From the NCBI GenBank assembly GCA_028534125.1, contig CM052817.1, forward strand, positions 98,830,001 to 98,894,000: DNA of 64,000 bases. The letters are read 5' to 3'. The position numbers and the translations under genes were made by a program. This document shows, one piece after another, positions 49,672 to 60,399 of this stretch (positions are counted from its first letter, which is position 1; every line of letters begins with the position of its first letter). Below the pieces are notes generated by a model, which had not been told where the DNA came from, made no database searches, and was given only the letters and a program-made list of their open reading frames with translations. Source of the DNA: Lama glama (taxonomy: Eukaryota).

Positions 49672-52362
49672 GTAAGTGGGACGCGGGGCTCTGCCCTTGC
49701 AAAGCTGCAGGGTCTGGCCTGATGGCCCAGCCGGCGTTGAATCTTGTAAAGTCAGTAGCCGAGAGCTTCCTCACGTGGTGGTGGGCGCCTTCCACGCTCC
49801 TCTCTCCACCTCAGGAACGGCTTGGCATGTGAAGGGCACCTTTTGGCCGACTCCTGGGCCTTGAGTCCTGGGATGAGAGGTTGCACAGGTCCCGGCAAGG
49901 CCAGGCTGATGGGCCCCTGGCCAGGGAGCCCCGGCCTCCTCTCCTGAGGAAGCCCCAGCGCCCTCCTGGCAGCTGCTTCTGTTCTCATCTCTGCTCTCCA
50001 GCCCTGAGCCCAGGTGGGACTGACAGTGTAAGGAGGTAACTCCCTGATCACCCAGGCTTCACAAATAGATTGAGATCTGAATTAATCTTTGGGACTTGGG
50101 ATAAGAAAGAGCCAGAGTTAAATTCCATTTAAAAAAAAGTCAGTGTTTTGAGCTTTTAAAAGTTGAGAACAATGAGAAAAATACTAGCTTCTTTCAAGGT
50201 TGGTAAAATTTTATGAGAAGTCAGTAATAGTGGTCCCTGTATTTCTTTAGATCTTCCTTCCAAAATGTTTAAGGTAGCTTACCTAAATCCACAAGCGCAG
50301 CAGATGACCCATGGCATTAAAGTACGTGAAGTAACGTTAAAGTAAGTTCAGCAAAAGGGAGGAGAAGGGAGGAAAAATAAAATTGAGCCAGAAATGTGTT
50401 CAGCACACCCACCACCAGCTGTCCAGACCCAAGTCTTGCCGAGGTGGGGCCGTGTCCCCAGCATGTCCCCACCTGCCTCGGTGCCACGACTGAAGCACCA
50501 GCACCTCGGCTGTGATCTCTGTTCCCCCCAACACAGCTCACAGAATCAGGGAGCTGGTGGCGGCTTCCTTCCCCAGAGCAGACAGTCAGACTGTGTAAGG
50601 AGAAGGCGTCTTGCCACCCCGGACAGTGAGAATCCACGGCTTGTTGGGTCCCCAGAAGCTGGACAGAGAGTGACGGGCTGTCTCCCCGGCTCCATCTGGA
50701 GAGCCCGCCCCCTCTGGAGAGCTTCTGGTTTCCTCCCCAACTGGAAGGAGAACAGTTGCTATTCTGGTGGCACACTGTAGTCTAGGAACCTCCCCTCCAA
50801 GGACTCGGGTCCAGGTGGAAGCTGGAGGGAACCCACCTCGTGAGTGTGGCCTGTGTGCTGTGTCCCTGGGCCTCCAGCGCTGTCCCAGCTCTGCTGGTTT
50901 GTCCTCCTCCCTGGGGAGGCCGCATGTGTTAGGTGGCTGTCTGTCTGTCCTCGGGGCTCTTCCTGCTGGGAAGCTGCCCCCCGCCCCAAGGCTCACACGT
51001 GGGTCTCCTGACAAGTTGTGGGACCTTGGGGTGCCCTGCACCAAAATAGTGAGGCCTCTGGAGTTGTGGTCTTCCTGGCACTTAGCAGTTCTGCTGAAGC
51101 CTAGGAGAGCCAGGGTTGTCACAGACTTACAGAAGAGAGCCTTTGGAAAGAGCCACCTTGACTGAGCCCCCAGCACGAGGTTGATTCCCAGCGAAAAGGC
51201 TGCCGGGAGGGTGAGGCCTTGCAGCCTGGCAGGAATTGAGAAAAATTGGAAACACTGAAAATTGGGACCCTCAACATGTAATCAAAAACCTTAAGATTGA
51301 TTTATTAGAAGTACAATTTAATAAGCACATATTAACGAAGCATTTGCGTCTCCTAGTGGACGAGCCTTTGTAGGGTGGGCCGGGCTCACCCAAGTTCTCC
51401 CCGAGTTCCCGGGGTCGCCTGTTGACTCACAGCCCATGGGAATGGATGGCGCGAGGCCTGTGGCCTGCCACAGTTCTGGAATGATCGGCCCTTCTGGCCC
51501 AGTGTAGGCTCTGTTCTGCAGAAGGAGGTTTCAGCCCTCTTACCCACAGAATCCTATCTTACGGTTTACAAATGGCATTTTTTCCATTTGCTGATGGAGT
51601 TCAACCGTTAAATTTCAAACTCCTGAACTTTTAACAGGATGTTTGTGTGAATGAACAAGGCTCTCCCATTTGTAATCCGAGTGGTGATTGTAAAAGTTGT
51701 GTGTTCATGTGTGTGTTCAGTGTCATCTTGGGCATGTTGGCTGGGCTCCATCCAACCCCACGTCCCCTACACAACTCTGCAGCTCGTGAGCGCTGAGAAG
51801 TGCTGGCGGATGTCCTCACGCTAAGTACCTGCGGGAGAAATCAGGAAAGCCTGTCCCTGGAGGTACCAATTCTCAATGGCCAAAAAGCCAGCCTGTGAAT
51901 TTTGGCTTGTCCCCAAAAGCAAGGGCGAGAAGACAGCTGAGGAGCCTGCCCGGGGCACGGTTGTGTGGGGGTGGCTTGCAGTTGCTTCCTTGTCTTCATC
52001 CTCGTCCTCGTCACCATTGCTGTCTGTGTCCTGGCCTTGGGAACAGTTTCAAATGTTTATTTAAAAATCATTCATCAGAAATACCTCTCCCTGGTGTTTA
52101 TATGTTCTCATAACTGGAGTATGTGAGGCTCGTGTGGTTTCCTGTGGATACAAATGGTGGTGGAACCGGTGGGGACGCTTCAGGAGCTGTCACCCCCAGA
52201 CAGAGCCTTCCTCTGTGCTGCTCCCCACCCTTGCAGCGTCCTCTCCACCTCAGCCTCCCAGAGTTGGAGCCTGAGGCTCCCCTGCGAAAGTTACAGGCTA
52301 GGATGGTAAATAGCAGTGCAAGAAAGTAAAGCTGACGCTGTTGTCTGCGTTTTGTTTGACAG

Positions 52363-52380
52363 TTTGATTTGACAGTTTGA
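52363..52380 (+). CDS. DCLK2: DCLK2 alternative exon, coding part FDLTV*
   Basis: Branch-like GCTGAC (52331-52336), T-rich tract, then tgacag|TTT GAT TTG ACA GTT TGA. It matches a short DCLK2 C-terminus I recall but have not verified. The 3' end of the exon is not determined. Confidence 0.7.
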   Translation, partial: FDLTV

Positions 52381-53297
52381 GAGACACTTCAGAGTTTCAG
52401 TGTGTACCCCGTTGAGACTCTGGGGATCCTGGAGCAGAATTCGGGTACTCACTGTACTGTGCTTAACCAGAGCAGCTCTAATTCCCAGCCCCTCTTGAAT
52501 CTGCATGCTTCTCTCAGACTTGACACCAGCATCCAGCTCTCAGCCTCTCACGGGTGCAGGTCTCCTGCACCTGCTGACACCTGTTTCGGCCAGCCACGCA
52601 CACCCTTGGAAACCTCACTTTAAAACGTCTCAGCTTGCCACGTTGCCTTCCTTCCCAGACCAGAAGCTGGCGAGTGCACGGAGGACTCCAGGAGTTCTCC
52701 TGCTAAAGGCTGCTTTTCACTTAGATGAAAAAGCATCTTTTCGTGAACGACAGCATAAGATGGGGACCTTTGTGAAGGCTTTTGTTCTCTTTTCTCAGAT
52801 ACATTTGCAAAGATGCATTTTTATCAGTAAGACAGTGTAGAGTCAGCGAGGCTTTGGGGTAGGAGAATGATACTGGAGAGGAGTTTGGTTTAAGACGGGC
52901 CTGTAGTTTCAGATTGTACTTGCATTGTCTGTGACTTGTCCTTAGATGCTTAAGAAAGGACCGTGCACCCGCAGAGGGGGCTTCTCGCCTCTCCCAGTGG
53001 GCTCGCCCTAGCTTGGGGACCAGAAGAGGCCCCCTCATGGCGGGAAGGGGAATTAGAAGAAACCCCTTCCTGCTGCATCTTGTGGCCACCGGACAAAGGA
53101 TGGATTGGAAAGGGGTTCTTCCCCGCTCAGGGGATCATGCTTCTTTTGGGGGAAGTTGGGAATGATCTGGGCTTAATTTAAGAGAGACAGAACTGTTTCG
53201 ATCGTGTTGCTTCTGTTGAAAGTAAGTCTAGTTTCTGTCCCCGCTTCTCTCCTGCCTTCTGCCTCTCCCGCCGCCTGCATTGCTTCCCTCTGACTAG

Positions 53298-53310
53298 GTC
53301 CAAGGCGATG
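53298..53310 (+). CDS. DCLK2: DCLK2 13-nt frameshifting microexon giving C-terminus VQGDEHGSR*
   Basis: About 60-nt pyrimidine tract, then gactag|GTCCAAGGCGATG|gtacgt. Spliced to 54467 it reads GTC CAA GGC GAT GAA CAC GGC TCT AGA TAA, with the stop at 54481-54483. Confidence 0.8.
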
Positions 53311-54466
53311 GTACGTACTAACTGCACGGCCCTGCTGCTTTCCGCCGCACACATACATGTTCTTGCCGGGAAGAGAAGAGGAGAAATAACTGCAGGGCAG
53401 TTTATTTCTTCTGCCCAGGGGCCAATTTATGGCAGAAAACAGTGAACGCTGCCGCTCTGTGCCTTCGGTGTTTTCACTGAGGGGTGGCCTGGCCTCTGCT
53501 CATACTAGGGGCTTGGAAGCTTGTTAAAGAGTGATGCTGAGTTTTTGATTGGGCTTTTCCACAGTTACCTCTTCTCCAGGTAATTGAAACTGTCCTTGGC
53601 AGCTGCTGGGTTCAGCCTGAGCTGGGAAGGGCCTGTGGAGAAACCTGTTCACAGCTGACACCAGGCGCTCTGAAGGCAGCCGCACAAGTCCATCCGAGGA
53701 AGCCCGGCGGTTTGTCCTTCTTTCCCCCCAGTCAGAGTGCTGAAGGGATCAGTGGTGCATTTTCCCCTTCAGGTAGTTAAGATCACAAAACAGCTTCTGG
53801 CCCACATGCCTTTCAGCCTGAGGACTGAAAGCTCCACATTTGGAAAACCCAGTGAGACCTCCCTGGAGGAGAAGAGGCACAGAAACTGAGTCAGAGGAGG
53901 ACGAGGAAGGCAGACTTAGGTCCCCCCTCTCAGTCTCGGGTTAGAAAGCAGGGCCATTTCTGTGCTCCCGGAGGAGCGGAGCAGATGAAAACCCTCGGGG
54001 GTGTGACAGGCAGGAAGAGGAGAGCAGGTCAGGAGACGATGGGGGATCCAAAAACGGGTAATATCGCACCATCGATTCTCGGGGCTTTTACAGATTATGT
54101 AGCCGCAAGGGTTGTAAGGAGGTTACTTATTTATACGACATCTGAGTAACTTTCCAGCCCCTGATGGGGAACCTAGTTTAGAAAAGTGAGCTGTCAGAGA
54201 CTCGCGTTCTCGTAGGGTTTGCTCCTCGTCCAGGACTCCTCTGGGCTCGAGGGCTCGGGAAGAGGCGCTCAGGACCCAGGCTCAGCGCGGGGCCGGGAGG
54301 ATCCGCCCGGCCGCAGGAGGAGCAGAGGCCAGGCCGGGCGCCGCTCGGGGTGGGGGCGCTGGGCGTTACTCCTCCTCTCCTGTCCCCGGCCGTGCATGCC
54401 CGCCGCGCGCCAGGTCGCGGTGGCGGGCCGGCGGCCTGACGCCCTGTCTCGCTGCTCTCTCCGCAG

Positions 54467-54661
54467 AACACGGCTCTAGATAAGGAGGGGCAGATCTTCG
54501 GCGGCCCCAAGCTCTGCGCGGACGGCAGCCGGCCCGGGGTGCAGCCCGCCGCCCCGGAGCCCCCCGCGCCCCCGGGGTCTCCCCCGCGCCCCTGCTCTCC
54601 TGCCGCCGCCGCCGCCGCGAGCTGCGAGCGGGCCGGGACCTGGCGTCGCCACCGCGACTGA
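54467..54661 (+). CDS. DCLK2: DCLK2 terminal coding exon (about exon 16)
   Basis: ccgcag|AAC...GAC TGA, 195 nt. Encodes NTALDKEGQIFGGPKLCADGSRPGVQPAAPEPPAPPGSPPRPCSPAAAAAASCERAGTWRRHRD*. Confidence 0.96.
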   Translation, partial: NTALDKEGQIFGGPKLCADGSRPGVQPAAPEPPAPPGSPPRPCSPAAAAAASCERAGTWRRHRD

Positions 54662-54677
54662 GCCGCCGCCGCCCCCG

Positions 54678-54712
54678 CCGACCGATCGACCGACTGACCG
54701 ACCGACCGACCG
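54678..54712 (+). repeat. Imperfect (CCGA)n tetranucleotide repeat just 3' of the stop codon
   Basis: CCGACCGATCGACCGACTGACCGACCGACCGACCG. Confidence 0.9.
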
Positions 54713-55656
54713 CGCCGCCGGGGTCCCGGGCGCGCACCTGCCCGGCCGCCGCTTCCCGCCCCGCTCGGCCCGGGCCCTGGAGGCGCCGTGTGCGCGTCAG
54801 CTCTGGGGACGGGTCCCCGGAGCGGCGGCTTCTGCTTTCTCCGTGTTTTCATTTCCGTGGACATTTGACAGCGTCGCTGGGAGAACATGCAACTTTCCTC
54901 CGGCGCCGAGTGCATTTTTATAGAAAACACTTTGGATGAGCCAAGCTCTCTCTCCCTTATTTAAGTAAACTCGGGGGCTCCTTTTTTTCTTACAACTCAG
55001 AGCCGCGTTGGCCCCTTTGTGGGCGTCCTTCGTCTGCTGACCGGGTCGGGGCTGGCTTTCTACCGGGAGGAGCGGGCGCCGGAGCGGACACCCCGTCCCG
55101 GGACACAGCCCGGCGCACGGAGGAGCCGCCCGCACGGCTGCGCGCGGGGCTCGCTTAAGACGGCGCTGGGTATTTGTGCACTGGCCACGGGGAGGGTCAC
55201 TTCCTCCCTAGACGTTGTGTGAGTCCCCGTGTGTTACAGACGTGCTGACGACGTGGTCCTCGGGGCTTTTAACCGAGGGGCGCGGTGCGTGTGGCTTCGC
55301 CGGCGGGCGCTGCCTTCTCGGGGTCCAGCTGTGGGCAGAGGGGGACCAACCAGCGGCCCGAGGGGCCACCGGAGCCTCCTCTCCCCATCTGCTTGTCACC
55401 CGCGGCGGCCGCAGCCACCCCTGGGCAAGCGCGCGTCCGGGCACTGTGGGGACTGGGCGGGAAGGTGCCTGCAGACTACCCTCTGCTGTTAACCTGGAAG
55501 GCTGCTGGCAGTTTTTCCTTTTTTCCACCACCCTGCTCTTTTTAATGGTTGTACATAATCAGTGTATTTGTTTTACGTGCTCATCTTCTAAATGGGTGGG
55601 CCTGTAGTTCATTCTCATTGTTAGACTTTTGCCTCCTACAAGTGTACCCTAGCTAC

Positions 55657-55662
55657 AATAAA
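55657..55662 (+). terminator. DCLK2: DCLK2 polyadenylation signal AATAAA
   Basis: First AATAAA after the stop codon (about 1 kb of UTR). TGTA lies just upstream and a GT-rich element (GTGTTGTTGTTTTG) lies at about 55707. Confidence 0.8.
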
Positions 55663-57391
55663 CTCTTCCTTCTCGAAAAAAGCGATCAGGGTGGGCAGAG
55701 GTCCCTGTGTTGTTGTTTTGCAAAGGCTGTGTGATCCAAGCAGCACCTCCTCGACCCAGGTTCTGGCCGGTGCCAGCGTCGGCTTCTGTGAAGTCTTGGG
55801 GCCACCACAGGAAGAGGTGTTTGGGCAGAACACGCGGCTGTGTCTTGGTTCAAGTGTATTTGATTACAGGTGCAGAAACTCACATAACAAGGGCTCAAAA
55901 GTTAACGGGGATTATTCGTGTACAGCAAAGGACTCTAACGGAACAAGTGAGAGAGAGTCAGGCTTTAAGGGAACCGGGGAGTCAGGGCACTATTCCCATC
56001 TGTCTCTGTCGGTCTTTCTCAGAGATGGTGCTGTCTCCTGTCTCTGCTTCTTTCAGTGTTATTTTGGTTCTTGGTTTCTGCTCCCTCATAACATCTGCTT
56101 GCCTGTGGCTCTGGCTTAGCCTGGAACTGCTTCTGTCCCCAGCTTCTCAAGGCTGGACAATGCCAGGGCTTGAATCCCTCTCTTTCAGCTCTGGATCTCT
56201 TCATTCGAATTGCTGGGCAGTGATTTCTCTCTGGGCTGCTGCTGAGCCAGGATCCAGCCCATCCACTTGGAACAAAATGCACATGGGCTTCCTGGTCGCA
56301 CAGCTCCGGCAGGGGTAGTCCTCAGGAGGTGGGTGCTGATGGACAGATCCAGAACATTCTGCTTGTCATTCTCCTCACTGACTGGTTAAAGAATAAGCTT
56401 TATCATGGCTTCCAAGAGAAAAATTTGTGTTAATGGAAGTGAAAAGCTAATGTAAAAGAATGGAAGAGAAAAATGAAAATAATAAAGACGAAAATAGAAA
56501 AATGACAGAGTGAAGGCTCCAGAACTGATCAAAGCCTGAAACCTGACTCCCTCTCTGGAACTATGAGGTTCAAAGATGTTTGCTAAAGACTTAAGAAAAT
56601 AAGTGGCCAGGGCAGTGACAGGAGCAGGAGCACCTTCTGTCCAGCACCTGCTCCACCCTCTGTGCCCCCTTAGAGGGCCTGGGGACAGGAGGTAGCCTGA
56701 CTCTGGTGTGGCAGTGTGGCCAAGTGGTTCTTTTGTGATTATCTTAATCCCACGAACACCGAGAGCGGTAAGTGGTGGTCAAGGAGCAAGGCCAGAAGTC
56801 AGGTGACATAACCCAGGTCATAGAATTGGCAGGAGATGGCACCACCACAAGGCAGTTTCAGATTCCACAGACGCCAAAGCTGTGCTCTTTTGGAGACAAC
56901 CAGTCATCCAGGGTAAATCAGGGCCTGGCCGTCTAGTGCTGGTCCTCAGTAAAGGCCACACCACAAGCAAGTTGTTCATTCAGCCACACCCTTAGCAGAC
57001 GTGTACTGAGCTCTTGTTCTGGTCTGAGAATCCAAGTGAAATACAGGCACTTGATCACTGGGTTCCTCCGCTCCTGCGCAGTGAGAGAGGCGTGTGTTTG
57101 GTTTCTGTTCATTTGCTTCCTCCAGCAGGGGACCCGCGTGTAAAGGAGCTGACGTTTGAACAGGAAAGCAGTGACCTGCCGAAGCCCTCGTGGGAGGCCT
57201 GCTGGGCTCAACCAAGACTCAGTGTGTGTGCCCTCTTCAGAAAGATGGCTAGGATGTGGAAATGTACGGAATATATGAATATTTTCAGGACTAAGACTGT
57301 GAAATGTGAATTAGGAGAGCATGAGGACAGTTCGGAAGAGATGAACCATATTGAAAAAGTCTGGTCAGTGATGCCGTCTTGGAGGAAGACC

Positions 57392-57710
57392 TCTAGAGTA
57401 GCGGGCCATCCCATGGAAATGCAATGTAAGCCACGTGATTTAACATTTTTCTGGTACCACATTAAAAAATGTAAAATACAGGTAAAATTAATTTTATAGT
57501 TTCTCTAAGCCAGTATACCTAAATATATCCAAAGTATGATTTCAATATGTAATCAGTGTAAAAAAGCATTGGGAAATTTTACATCCTTTGTACTAAGTCT
57601 TTGAGCTCCTGTGTGTTGACGTGTGGCACATCTCAGGTTGACCAGGCACATGTCAGGCATTTGACAGGCACGTGTGGCTCTGCCTGCCATACTGGACAGT
57701 GCGGTGCTAA
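57392..57710. mobile_element. MER3/MER33-like hAT relic
   Basis: GAAATGCAATGTAAGCCAC...CCACATTAAAAAATGTAAAA.ACAGGTAAAATTAATTTT...CATACTGGACAGTGC. Confidence 0.75.
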
Positions 57711-60393
57711 GGAAAGGCCACGGCCCTTAGTCTTCTCATCCTCGTTTTGCTTTTGCTTATGATGCTTATGTCCATTGCTTTAAATGGGATGGACTGCCTT
57801 AAGATGATCTCACCAGGTCAGACACGGATCAAACCTGAGGTTGAAATCAAAGTGTGACGTCCTGAGATTGTATCCTGAAACAGTGACCAAGGTTTGGAAC
57901 TCACTGCTTCCCAGGAAAGATCTGGAGGGGAGAATTTCAATAAGCACCATTTCCTTAGGCGCCAGTGGAACTGCTTGCCCATTAGCGTGACCTGAAACCA
58001 TGTCCCGAGCCATCTGTGCAGATGGTTAGCTAAGCCTACCTAGATATGCTTCTACTCTGGGGCGTCGGGGCTGTGGTGCAGGTAAAGTAACCATCACCCA
58101 GAAGGAGGCAAGAATGGCGAGGGGCTTAGAGCCCAGGCAGCCGAGGACTGGTGGGAAGGGAGAAATCAGAGCGCCCTCGGCTGGATGTGCGGCTAGGGAA
58201 GGAACTGCTCTGCGGCAGCAGGTGGTGGTTTACTCTGGTGGCTCTGGATGGTGGCCCGAGGTCCATGGGTCGGAGGCACGAGGGGTCAGGCGTGAGTGCA
58301 GAGTTGGAGGAAGCGTGGTCCAGTGACAGAATTAGCTGCTTTCTAGAGGAGTGATCATCTAGTTTTTGGCGACACCTAGATGCGAAATAATCACAAGAGT
58401 TTGCAGTTTACGGAGTATCTCATCCTGTCTTGTTTCAGCTATGCCATGGCCCTGAGACAGAGATGCTAATATCCCTGCTCAACAAGTGAGGAAACTCGAT
58501 GGGTTGAGAGCTGCTGGAGCAGGGACTTGCCTCTCCGGGCCCCGAGGGCAGGTGTCCCAAGAACTGGCCTGCCCCTCCAGGTGATCAGAGAAGAGTCAGT
58601 GGGAGCGTCTGTGTCAGGAGGTGGGCTGGGTGGGGGAGACGCCTGACAAAGAGTAGGAAATCACAGCAGCTAAGAAGTTATCAGGGCAGGAGCGTGAGTT
58701 CTGTTAGATGAAGAAAGACAGTAGTTTGTCCCGAGGGAGGCTGATGGGTGCGACTTCAGTTAGTTCTGACCAGTGGATTTTAAGGGGCTATTTTACGATA
58801 AAACCCGCAGCCTTGAACTCAAAGGCAGTTCGATGTCAGGATGTGTTGCTATCCTCAAATGGCTGAGGGGAAGAAAGAGGGTGGATTTGGTACAGAGACA
58901 GTCACCTGGTCCTGCCAGGCCCCTTCCCAGCAGAAGCCTCTTTCAGCGGGGGCAGAGGTGGCCCCGAGGGCCTCCGGGCGGTCAGGAAGGTTTCAGCCGG
59001 GGGAAGGGGGGCCCTGTCTGCGCTGATGCTGAGGTCCAGTCTGAGAAACGTCTCCAGATGATCCAAGCCTGCAGCTACAGTGCAGCCAGCTGCCTCTGCC
59101 CGGCTCCCCCAGAATCTTGGTTCTGGCAAGGAAATAGATCCCTTAACGTGAGACAGGAAAATAATGGTTTTCTGCCATTTGCCCGCGTCCCCCTCTCTCT
59201 GCTCATCTCTAGCTACCCGCCTGCTCTAACACTGTGTGCTCTAAGCCCTTGTGCTTCCTCCCAGTGATCTAGCAGTATTTCTTAAATCGCAGAGCCTCAA
59301 GGGCTTGATTGGTGATATTTCAGGAAGAATCAACGCTATCAGTGAGGAAAATCTTATTTTCTTGAGGCGATGCCTTTTAACACACCGCACCGCCACCAGC
59401 TGAGGGGCCACCCTGTTTCCCGCCTGCTGCAAATAATCTCGTTTGGTTCCAAACCACCTCAGTTTTGACCTCTTTTTCCTAATTGGTCTACATGTATTTG
59501 AAATACTTGTTTTTGAGTAAACCTTCACATACACCGCACCAGCAGGTTCTGTCACTAAGCCCTCGTGCGGACGTCGGCTGTTTCACGAGTGTCCGAGGGT
59601 CCCGGCTCCGCGGTTGGGGGAAGCCCAGCTGTAAAGCGTGACTTTGTGTTTCAGTTGCGTTCTCATAGTCGTACGTTTTAAAACAAGGCAGTGGAGGCAC
59701 CAATTTTCTTCTTAGGCTCCAAGAGGGAAGTGCTTCATTAACTTTGCTTTAGGCTTATTACAGTGGGTAGCTGAAGTGTCACGTGCCTGGCCCAGGACTT
59801 GGGTGTCCCTAGCTAGTTTTCTTCTACCATTTACCCTGAAGGCTGATGCTGCAGGCTGACAGCAGTGGGGTGCTCGTCTGCCAGTCACTCGGGTACGTCT
59901 TTGAGTCTAAGACGTCTTCTCCCTCCCCCACATTTACCATCTATTTTCCTGGTTAATGGTCTGTAAAACACTGGTGGATCTTAGACGGGACAGTGTACAC
60001 AGTCCCTTGTTTGGTCATTTGTTCGACACGGGTCTAGTGTGCTGATTGCTGAGTCTCAGTAAGAGGGAGCTAGCTGGCCAGTCTTCCTTCAAGAGAGTCT
60101 CATTGGTGGTGGTTCAAAAACTGTGACTGAACTAGGGTTTGACATCATCTTCGCAAACAACTGTTTTATGATTGTTTCAAAATTAGGAGTGAAAAGGGTA
60201 TTTCCAACAAGTCAATTACAGATACTATTTTACTTAACTTTTCTGTCAAACTGAGTTGTTCCATTCCAAATCTCTGCTTTTAGAGAAAAGCTGAATGTGT
60301 AGAAAAAAGGGGGGGGGGACCCCTTTACATAAGTTGCAAGAGAAACAGAGATGGAATATCAGTTTCATCTAAGAGTTCACAACTTACAAAGAA

Positions 60394-60399
60394 TTTATT
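60394..60399 (-). terminator. LRBA: LRBA polyadenylation signal AATAAA (minus strand)
   Basis: TTTATT on the + strand, about 1 kb downstream of the LRBA stop. TGTA lies just upstream on the minus strand and a T/GT-rich tract lies downstream. Confidence 0.75.

Larger units (their letters stand above)
54190..55460. promoter_or_regulatory. CpG island over the last intron end, terminal exon and proximal 3' UTR of DCLK2
   Basis: Visibly very GC- and CpG-dense compared with the rest of the window. Not computed. Confidence 0.85.

Noticed and set aside
54178..54930. 250-aa minus-strand ORF and other ORFs overlapping the CpG island
   Set aside because: Non-ATG start and low-complexity Gly/Pro/Arg/Ala content. 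Long stop-free frames are expected in very GC-rich DNA antisense to a real exon.
55691..56318. 142-aa and 203-aa ORFs downstream of the DCLK2 polyA signal
   Set aside because: Non-ATG starts, no recognisable homology and no promoter or splice support.
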